From assembly GCA_023411175.1 (NCBI GenBank), contig JAEYPB010000043.1, forward strand, positions 19,324-83,323: 64,000 bases of DNA, read 5' to 3'. A model generated the notes under the pieces. That model was not told where the DNA came from, ran no database searches, and was given only the letters and a program-made list of their open reading frames with translations. The stretch is from Bacillota bacterium. GTDB taxonomy: Bacteria > Bacillota > Clostridia > Christensenellales > Aristaeellaceae. Both the position numbers and the translations under genes were made by a program. Positions 46,665 through 53,953 of the stretch are shown here, piece by piece (position 1 is the stretch's first letter; every line of letters starts with the position of its first letter).

Positions 46665-47360
46665 CTAGTTTACAACCGTAGCGAGAACCCTCCAACGGCT
46701 GTTGACGGTTTCCTGAGAGGCGGTATAGCTGAGGGATCGACCGTTCGCACCGTCAACATCGCGCCAACCGCCGCCGCTATTCTGCTGCCATTGGAGCTGG
46801 ACAGTCAGCCCGTCGAATCCAATCAACTCACAAGACATCGTAATGGTATCGCCAGGGTTGACCACTTCGCTCAATGTGCTGCTGACGCGAACCGCGCGCT
46901 CAGCGGCAACCGGCGCAGCTTCTTCCGCAGGCGCTTCTTCCACGGGTTCAGGAATTCTGAGGAAGGCCGAGTATACATACCCGGTGACTCCGTCGGCGCG
47001 AATCTTCGTCCAGTCTCCCTCTGTGCCGAGGGTGGTGACGCTCATTCCGCTCGTGAGTTTGCCGATGATCTCGGCGTCCATGCTGGCGGCGGCACGGATG
47101 TTTACGCTGCCGCCCTCCTCTTCGGTCTGGATGACCGCTTCAACTTCCACAGGTTCCGGCGCTGCGGTCTCTTCCGGGGCCGCGCCGGGCTCCTCGGTGG
47201 GAAGCGCCTCGGGGGACTCCGGCTGCGCTTCGTCTCCACCCGGATTGGCGATGCTAGGGGAAACCGGATCGCTGACGTAGGTGGCAGCGAAGGCGGTTGT
47301 TGCGCTGAACAGCAGCATTGCAGCCACGATCAGGGCGACCAGCTTGTTCGTTTTCTTCAT
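46665..47360 (-). CDS. Secreted protein: signal peptide, an acidic Pro/Glu-rich linker, a bacterial SH3 (SH3b) domain and a C-terminal Ig-like domain
   Basis: MKKTNKLVALIVAAMLLFSATTAFA signal peptide. SH3b: SVNIRAAASMDAEIIGKLTSGMSVTTLGTEGDWTKIRADGVTGYVYSAFL. C-terminal Ig-like: ...ELIGFDGLTVQLQWQQNSGGGWRDVDGANG... Confidence 0.7.
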   Translation of the reverse strand: MKKTNKLVALIVAAMLLFSATTAFAATYVSDPVSPSIANPGGDEAQPESPEALPTEEPGAAPEETAAPEPVEVEAVIQTEEEGGSVNIRAAASMDAEIIGKLTSGMSVTTLGTEGDWTKIRADGVTGYVYSAFLRIPEPVEEAPAEEAAPVAAERAVRVSSTLSEVVNPGDTITMSCELIGFDGLTVQLQWQQNSGGGWRDVDGANGRSLSYTASQETVNSRWRVLATVVN

Positions 47361-47424
47361 GGTATAAACCTCCTCGTCTTCCAGGTGGTATGGATTGAAC
47401 TTCGGTCTGTTTTGTCGTCCGTAA

Positions 47425-47450
47425 AAGCCAAATTCCGGAACTTTCGTTCC
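47425..47450 (-). terminator. Intrinsic terminator downstream of the 191-aa secreted protein gene
   Basis: CCGGAAC-GAAA-GTTCCGG followed by AATTTGGCTTTT (minus-strand sense). Confidence 0.4.
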
Positions 47451-47465
47451 GGCTTGATACGGGTG

Positions 47466-48041
47466 CTATAGAGTGGGTGCCGCGTCCACCGCGACCCTGT
47501 ATGCCCAGGAGGCGTTGTCCTCCGTGATGCGGATGATCATCCTGGTCGAGTCCTGCCCCTTTATGTCTCTCCACTGGCCGTCTTCACAGGCCTGCCAGCG
47601 AATCGCGTACTCGAGACCCTGAAATCCGTTGAGCTCGGCGGTAAGGACCAGCTCATCCCCGACGCGCAGTGTTTTGATGTCGCGGTTGGCGCGGATGACG
47701 ACGCTGGGCGCCGGGCCACCGGCGAGCGGCACCAACTCATCCTCGATGATCTCGATCTCCCCAGCCGGTTCCGGCTCGGTTTCTTCATTAAGAAGGTGTT
47801 CGCCGCTCTGCTCCTGAGGCTCAGACACATCCACGGAAACGGATGGAGCGGGTGCTTCCTGCGCTTCCGTCATGACCGGCTCCTCGAGCACGGACGGCGC
47901 TTCCGCAATGGCTGGGACGCCGCACATGACAAAGAACAGAATGGAGGCAAGCCCTCCGAGAAACAACTTTCTGACCGCTATGCTCATGGTTTCGATCGCC
48001 CCCTGTTTTGGAAACATTTTGTTAATTCCGAGTACTTTCAT
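47466..48041 (-). CDS. Secreted paralog of the preceding protein: signal peptide, an acidic linker and the same C-terminal Ig-like domain (no SH3b)
   Basis: ...ELNGFQGLEYAIRWQACEDGQWRDIKGQDS...WAYRVAV aligns with the C-terminus of the 231-aa neighbour. The true start is probably an internal ATG (MSIAVRKLF..., about 47987). Confidence 0.65.
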   Translation of the reverse strand: MKVLGINKMFPKQGAIETMSIAVRKLFLGGLASILFFVMCGVPAIAEAPSVLEEPVMTEAQEAPAPSVSVDVSEPQEQSGEHLLNEETEPEPAGEIEIIEDELVPLAGGPAPSVVIRANRDIKTLRVGDELVLTAELNGFQGLEYAIRWQACEDGQWRDIKGQDSTRMIIRITEDNASWAYRVAVDAAPTL

Positions 48042-49214
48042 GGCAGGATTTGCCTGTCTATGCGCACATTATAAGGGACAGGCGTTACGGGGCCGGTTAC
48101 ATTCATACCCTCGATCTCTGTTTAATCCGGCGAGTCTTCCCATGAAATGTCATCCACTGCGCGCCAGCCTCAAAATCGCTGGTTTTCGCCGACAAAACCC
48201 ATGGAATGCAGCCTGCATACGGGTTACGCATTGTATTGAAGTCGCATGAAGAAAAGGGGTATCCTTTTCTTGGCACCCTTCGCGCACGCCGTCCTGCCAA
48301 ACCCCCTGTGCGCCGACCAACGCATGCGTCAACGCCTCCGCGCGCGGTTTATGGCCGCCTGCGGGAAACCGAACCGTCAAAGCCGCGCGGTCACAAAGAA
48401 TCTTTCTCTAGCTTAGTTATAGAAGCAGAAGCAGTCCCCCGGAACCGGATCTGTCAGCACACCGTACCTGAATCCTTCGCTTTTCAAGATGGAAACAAGG
48501 CCATTTGAGCCGGGCGCAACAGCAATCTGCGGTTTGGGGGATTCTCCCAGTTGATAAGCGAAACCATTATACCATATTTATGTCTTCTTCAAATAGCACA
48601 TGCGCTGTTTTAAGAAATTTTTTGTAACGCCATGTGTTTTGCAAGTTGTTTTTCACAGGTAAAACGGTCTGTTTTTTGCCCGACTTTGCCGCGCTCGCCG
48701 CCGAGGGGATGATCGGGATTGCCTCGTACCGCCAACACACCCAAAGGTCTTTTGATCACGCATCCAGGTAACATAACCTACCTCGTTTTTCGCGCAACCG
48801 CATAACCTCGCTTACCCTGTATTTACCGCGCGCAACAGGCGGCGCCAGGTTTCTCCTGCACAGAAAAAGTACTTCGGTCTTTTCTCTTTGGCATTCGCAA
48901 AAGAAGACCAAAGTACTGTTAATGCCTATAACAAACGAGCCGCATGGCATGCGCGGCCCGCCGAACTGTCAAACCCTACAAAGGCGCAGCGTTTCCACTT
49001 CAAACGGGCGCAGATGCATGCACTCCCGCGCTCTTCTAAAAGAAAGCCGTTCATTTTTGTTTTCCAGCATGTCGCATTTCCAAGCGAATGCAAACGGCAG
49101 GTTCACCGCAAGGCAGAGTCCCGTTTGAGCGTTTCCTTCCAGTGCGCGAGTCTTCCCTTCCACCCGCTGTGCATGTACTTCATCGGATGCCTTCCACGTC
49201 TTTATAGGCCTGAA

Positions 49215-49243
49215 AAATGCGCGGGATTTTCATCCCGCGCGGG
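49215..49243 (-). terminator. Intrinsic terminator for the sugar-phosphate isomerase gene
   Basis: GCGCGGGA-TGAAAA-TCCCGCGC followed by ATTTTTCAGG (minus-strand sense). Confidence 0.5.
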
Positions 49244-49257
49244 CTTCGACAAAAAAA

Positions 49258-50151
49258 TCACCAGGGGTTCTTCGAAAAATCGCCGCCGCGGCACCATTTG
49301 AGGTAGCCCAGGGCGTGTTTCTGGGCGGTCATCTCCCAATCGCCCTTATAGATGGGGTCGTGATAGCCCTCAACGCAGATGTCGCCGGTGTAGCCGCCGG
49401 TGTGCAGGATGTAGAAGATGTTCCGCCAGTCGCAGTCGCCAAAGCCGGGGGTGCGCTCCGGCGCATACCAGTCGGTATTGCACAGAACGCCGTAGTCCTC
49501 GACCGCGCGGCGGTCGACGGAGGCATCCTTGCCATGCAAGTGGTATATCTTCTTCACCCATTTGCGCAGCTGCGCGATCGGGTCGATCAACTGGATCATC
49601 TGGTGGGCCGGCTCCCACTCCAGGCCCAGCGCGGGGCTCTTCACCTCGTCGAACATCCGCTCCCAGGCGCGGGGATTGAAGCCGATGTTGCAGGTGGCCC
49701 TATCCCAGCTGCCGCCCATCGGGCAGTTTTCGATGGCGAGCTTCACGCCCCTGTCTTCGGCGCGCCTGGCGAGCTCCCGGAACACCGTACCGAACCTGGG
49801 CATCGCCTCGTCCACCGGCTTTCCTTCAAACGCACCCGCGAAGGTGGATACGGTCTTCGCGCCGTAGAGGTGGGCGCTATCGATGGCCTTCTCCAGGTTC
49901 CGCCGATGGGATTCGTTCTCCAGCGCGTTGCAGTAGTAACCCAGCGTGGTGATCTCCGCGCCCTTTTCCTCTGCCAGCGCTTTCATCCGCGGGCCCTGCT
50001 CCAGAATGTCCACGTCGCCGTACTCCATGTGGAAATTGATGGACAGGGTTTCAAACCCGGCGTCGAGCATGGCGGGCGCCCATTCCGGCGCAACGCCGCC
50101 GGGAATACAGGTGCCGATCCGGATCTGGGATATTTCGCAGTTGGGAAGCAT
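49258..50151 (-). CDS. Sugar phosphate isomerase/epimerase (xylose isomerase-like TIM barrel)
   Basis: 297 aa. Family-level resemblance only (…KLAIENCPMGG…). Confidence 0.75.
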   Translation of the reverse strand: MLPNCEISQIRIGTCIPGGVAPEWAPAMLDAGFETLSINFHMEYGDVDILEQGPRMKALAEEKGAEITTLGYYCNALENESHRRNLEKAIDSAHLYGAKTVSTFAGAFEGKPVDEAMPRFGTVFRELARRAEDRGVKLAIENCPMGGSWDRATCNIGFNPRAWERMFDEVKSPALGLEWEPAHQMIQLIDPIAQLRKWVKKIYHLHGKDASVDRRAVEDYGVLCNTDWYAPERTPGFGDCDWRNIFYILHTGGYTGDICVEGYHDPIYKGDWEMTAQKHALGYLKWCRGGDFSKNPW

Positions 50152-50327
50152 GATAATCCTTCCTTTCCTAATACGGGTTTGAGCTGCCTGCGCCGGGGTG
50201 CACGGGCGGAAAGGCCGCGCGCACGCCCAAAGGGCGGCGCAATCCCCTGCCGATAGTATTATATTGGTTATATATCACAGCGTCAAGGCGCGGCGCGATT
50301 ATCCCGGCAAGTTGAGCGTTCCCGCCT

Positions 50328-50714
50328 TCAGTCCGGCGCTTGGTACAGGTTTTCTTCGATGCGCATCATGCGCTCCTCATAGCCGTCCAGCTTTCTATCG
50401 AGCCGCGCCAGCGTCTCCTGCAGCGCTTCAATGCGTCCGGCGATCTCCGAGCGCTGCCGCTCGAGGATCTCTTTTCGCCGCGCGATGGAAGCCTTCCCCT
50501 GGCGAAACAGCGCGACGTACTCCACCAGCGCTTCGACCGAAACGCCCGCATCCCGCATGCACTTGATGAATTCTACCCACCGAAGATCGCCAGGGCGGTA
50601 ATCCCGCACGCCGCCGGGCGTGCGCCCGACCGGCGGGATCAGCCCGGCCCGCTCGTAATACCGAAGCGTGTCGGCCGAGAGACCGTACGCCTTTGCCGTT
50701 TCCGCAATGGTCAT
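50328..50714 (-). CDS. MerR-family transcriptional regulator
   Basis: N-terminal HTH MTIAETAKAYGLSADTLRYYERAGLIPP plus a C-terminal coiled-coil dimerisation helix. Confidence 0.85.
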   Translation of the reverse strand: MTIAETAKAYGLSADTLRYYERAGLIPPVGRTPGGVRDYRPGDLRWVEFIKCMRDAGVSVEALVEYVALFRQGKASIARRKEILERQRSEIAGRIEALQETLARLDRKLDGYEERMMRIEENLYQAPD

Positions 50715-50811
50715 GTTACTACCTCCTCATGTGCATGTCCAGCATACCACCCGGAGCGCGCTCCCGGTCAAGGTTTTTCAAAGTTGGAATTGTTAATTCT
50801 CGCAACGCCCA

Positions 50812-50842
50812 TTGACTTGGAGCAAACTCCAGGTGTTAGGAT
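50812..50842 (+). promoter_or_regulatory. MerR-type promoter: TTGACT, a 19-bp spacer containing the dyad CTTGGAG-CAAA-CTCCAGG, then TAGGAT. Drives the aldo-keto reductase.
   Basis: TTGACTtggagcaaactccaggtgtTAGGAT. The over-long 19-bp spacer with an internal inverted repeat is the hallmark of MerR-activated promoters. Confidence 0.6.
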
Positions 50843-50874
50843 GGGTCAGAGCACACAGAATGGGAGGGTTGACC

Positions 50875-51861
50875 ATGAAATATGCGAAACTTGGAAACAC
50901 CGGCCTGGATGTCTCGAGGATCTGCCTGGGCTGCATGAGCTTCGGGGATGCGGGCCGCTGGATTCACCCCTGGGTGTTGGACGAGGCTGCGAGCCGCCCG
51001 ATCATCCGTCGGGCGCTGGAATTGGGCGTCAATTTCTTCGACACCGCCAACGTATATTCGATGGGCGCCAGCGAGGAGTTTTTGGGGCGCGCGCTCCGGG
51101 ACTTGGCCCGCCGGGACGAGGTAGTGATCGCCACCAAGGTGTTCTTTCCGATGCGGGACGGCGCGAACGGCCGGGGCCTCTCCCGCAAGGCCATCCTGAC
51201 GGAGATCGACCAGAGCCTCAGGCGGCTGCGCACCGACTACGTGGATCTTTACATCATCCACCGCTGGGACTACGATACGCCGGTGGAGGAAACGATGGAG
51301 GCGCTGAACGACGTGGTGCGCTCGGGCAAAGCGCGCTACCTGGGCGCTTCGGCGATGTTCGCCTGGCAGTTTCAAAAGGCGAGGACCGTCGCCGAAGCGC
51401 ACGGCTGGGCCAATTTTGCGTCCATGCAGAACCACCTGAACCTTCTGTACCGGGAAGACGAGCGGGAGATGGTTCCCTATTGCCAGGACGCGGGCGTGGC
51501 GCTGACGCCCTACAGCCCGCTGGCAGCCGGCCGGCTCGCCCGTCCCGTCAACCAGACTTCGCTGCGCGCAGAGACCGACGAAACCGCAAAGTCCAAGTAC
51601 GGCGCAACGGAGGCTGCGGACAGGCCCATCGTGGAATGCGTGCAGGCGATCGCCGGAGAGCGCGGCGTCACGATGACGCAGGTGGCTCTTGCGTGGCTGC
51701 TGCAGAAAAAAATGCTGGCCGCGCCGGTGGTCGGCGCGACGAAGATCGAACACCTGGAAGACGCGGTGGGCGCGGTGGATTTCGCCCTGACGGACGACGA
51801 AATCGCCCGCCTCGAAACGCCCTATGTGCCCCACGCCGTCGTCGGCGCGCTGACCCGGTAG
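50875..51861 (+). CDS. Aldo/keto reductase family oxidoreductase
   Basis: MKYAKLGNTGLDVSRICLGCMSFG... is typical of the AKR N-terminus. RBS GGGAGGG. Start moved inward from track ORF 50812. Confidence 0.85.
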   Translation: MKYAKLGNTGLDVSRICLGCMSFGDAGRWIHPWVLDEAASRPIIRRALELGVNFFDTANVYSMGASEEFLGRALRDLARRDEVVIATKVFFPMRDGANGRGLSRKAILTEIDQSLRRLRTDYVDLYIIHRWDYDTPVEETMEALNDVVRSGKARYLGASAMFAWQFQKARTVAEAHGWANFASMQNHLNLLYREDEREMVPYCQDAGVALTPYSPLAAGRLARPVNQTSLRAETDETAKSKYGATEAADRPIVECVQAIAGERGVTMTQVALAWLLQKKMLAAPVVGATKIEHLEDAVGAVDFALTDDEIARLETPYVPHAVVGALTR

Positions 51862-51952
51862 CCGCCACCAGTAACCCGTACCGGCAGCGTTGTCCCGTTC
51901 CGTATAAGCCCGTACGCCGAAGCAAATGACGCCCTTCGGATCTTTGACGACG

Positions 51953-51990
51953 AAAAAGGCGGCGGCACTTCCCAGTACCGCCGCCATTTT
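51953..51990. terminator. Bidirectional terminator between the AKR and the convergent ferredoxin
   Basis: AAAAA-GGCGGCGG-cacttcccagta-CCGCCGCC-ATTTT. Confidence 0.45.
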
Positions 51991-51996
51991 CATGCG

Positions 51997-52185
51997 CTAT
52001 TCCAGCGAAATGACCGAGACCGGGCAGTTGTCTCGCGCCTCCTCCGCCTTGTCCTCAAGGTCCTCCGGCACATCCTCTCGGATTACCTCCGCCAGGTCGT
52101 CATCCGCCATGCGGAACACCTCCGGACAGGTGTCCGCGCACAGCCCGCACCCGATGCAGCCGCTCCTGTCGAGCATCGCCTTCAT
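51997..52185 (-). CDS. Small [4Fe-4S] ferredoxin
   Basis: 62 aa with CIGCGLCADTCP ... CP cluster ligands. Confidence 0.8.
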   Translation of the reverse strand: MKAMLDRSGCIGCGLCADTCPEVFRMADDDLAEVIREDVPEDLEDKAEEARDNCPVSVISLE

Positions 52186-52248
52186 GGTTTTCCCTCCCTT
52201 TCATTCCTTTCCGGCCGCCCGCCGGACAGAACCGGAGTCACGCCCGCA

Positions 52249-53436
52249 TCAATCCGAGACCAGCCTCTTTTCGCCGGTAATGGCCTGAATGGGGCGGATG
52301 TCCTGAGTCACTTCCAATACGCCCATATACTCGCCCGCCTCGCTCCGCACGGCGAAGTACCGGATGAGCACGTATTTTTCGCCCATATGAATCCAGAAGT
52401 CCTCGCTGTCCTTGCGCCCAGCCTTGAAATCCTCCACCAGCTTTTCCACGATGTGGACGCTGGCGGGCGGGTGACAGTTGGACACCTTTCGGCCGATGAC
52501 CGCCTTTGTGCGCGGAAACACGCGCTCCGCGCCCTGGGAGAAGTAGCGCACGGTGTCATCCCTTCCCACAAAGGTGATGTCCACCGGCAGCGCGTCCAGA
52601 ATCCGCGTCAGTTCCTCCACCCGCAGTACACCGGTGGGCAGCCGGATCTCGCCGGCCGCGGCCTGCGGCGTGTTATCGGTCGGTTTCTCACCCTCCGCAG
52701 GCGCCCATGCGGGCGGGGGATCGATCAGGCAGTAGCCGAAATCTCCTTCCTCTTCCGCGATGTGCTTCCACTCATCCAGCGTCAGGTTTTCAAGGAGCAT
52801 CGGCAGCATGATGTTCTCTTCCTTGAAGACCATCTCCTGTATCCTGCCCAGAAGTGCCTCGATCCTTTCACGCGCGCCGCCCGCCGCATCAGGCTCCAGC
52901 ACCGCCTTGATCTCCGCGCGAATCTCGTCGTCCACGCCCCACATCACCTTGGGCGGCGCGGTGATGCCGTACTTTTCCATGTAGGGGAAGAAGAAGTTCT
53001 CCTTCTTCAGGTAGTGGCGGTCGATTTCAGCAAGCCGCTTCAGCAGTTCCCCGAACTTCGCACCGGGCCCGCCCAGCGACCGCATCAGAAGCTGCTGCCG
53101 TATCTCCCCCGCCAGCGATTCGATGGCGCGGTTCTCGCGCTTCAGCGTGTCCGCCGGATGCCCCGGCGCGTACTGGGGCGCGGCGGCGTGGATCTCCTCG
53201 ATGGAGCCCTTGAACACCGCGGCGTGGACGTCGCACAGCCGCTGCACTTCGGATACCGGCAGCCCGCCCGCGATCAGCGCCTGCTCCGCCTGGGCGATCT
53301 CCTCCGCCGAAACGCCGTCAAACACCTCGCTGAAGCGCCCCTTGACCTCGTCCACGCTTTCCCCCGCGTGCAGGCGCTCGATCAATTCCTTGAGCACCTT
53401 CTGTCGATACGCCCGGTTGTTGATCTCCCCGCTCAT
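52249..53436 (-). CDS. DUF438-family protein (hemerythrin-like/PAS-containing putative redox or gas sensor)
   Basis: Start set at MSGEINNRAY, whose ATG overlaps the upstream stop (TGATG). Architecture recalled from the DUF438 family. Confidence 0.65.
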   Translation of the reverse strand: MSGEINNRAYRQKVLKELIERLHAGESVDEVKGRFSEVFDGVSAEEIAQAEQALIAGGLPVSEVQRLCDVHAAVFKGSIEEIHAAAPQYAPGHPADTLKRENRAIESLAGEIRQQLLMRSLGGPGAKFGELLKRLAEIDRHYLKKENFFFPYMEKYGITAPPKVMWGVDDEIRAEIKAVLEPDAAGGARERIEALLGRIQEMVFKEENIMLPMLLENLTLDEWKHIAEEEGDFGYCLIDPPPAWAPAEGEKPTDNTPQAAAGEIRLPTGVLRVEELTRILDALPVDITFVGRDDTVRYFSQGAERVFPRTKAVIGRKVSNCHPPASVHIVEKLVEDFKAGRKDSEDFWIHMGEKYVLIRYFAVRSEAGEYMGVLEVTQDIRPIQAITGEKRLVSD

Positions 53437-53672
53437 CAGGAACCCTCCTTTATCGCGTAGCCGTGGGCGGCGAAAACCCGCCGCACGCGCTCCATGTCGA
53501 TGCCCTTCAATGCCGCGCCCTTTGGAATGGTCATGAACCGACCCGCGGTGGTCAGCATGCCGGGGTTGACCACCTCCCGGAACCCGGCTTCGGAAAGGAT
53601 CCCCGCGATGGCGGGGTCCGCGGCGCAAAGCTGGTACACCGTCCTGTCAAGATCGACAATCTTTCCTTCCAT
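53436..53672 (-). CDS. DUF1858-family small protein
   Basis: About 78 aa (MEGKIVDLDRTVYQLCAADPAIAGIL...). Routinely paired with DUF438. Confidence 0.6.
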   Translation of the reverse strand: MEGKIVDLDRTVYQLCAADPAIAGILSEAGFREVVNPGMLTTAGRFMTIPKGAALKGIDMERVRRVFAAHGYAIKEGS

Positions 53673-53953
53673 CCTGCGCCTCCCACACACAAATTATCCT
53701 CTGAAATTGATCAGGCGCGCCGCGTGCGGCGCACTTCCTATTTAAACCGGCCGGGATGCGGCAAAACGGGGGAATGCGAGGCTTGGCGGCGCGCCGAAAC
53801 TTTTGTGGATAGCTGCTGAAGTATTTCCGGTCCTGATCGCCCGAAACCATCTCCGCCGCCGGCGATTATATTAAGCGGAGGCCGCGCCGACGTCTCAGCG
53901 CGCGTTTCCCCTCGGCGGATGGTTTTCAGGCCCTGATTGATCCAGCCCGAGGT

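Noticed and set aside
47560-47600. (V/I)PLAGG motif shared by the 191-aa protein and the adhesin C-terminus, considered as a possible sortase or sorting signal
   Set aside because: In the small protein the motif is mid-sequence, and in the adhesin it is not followed by a hydrophobic segment plus basic tail. No sortase gene is in the window. Most likely it is a coincidental linker motif.
50340-51929. 529-aa plus-strand ORF 50340..51929 spanning merR (antisense) and the AKR gene in another frame
   Set aside because: It crosses an intergenic promoter region and two well-supported genes, so it cannot be real. Its product is Arg/Gly/Pro-rich.
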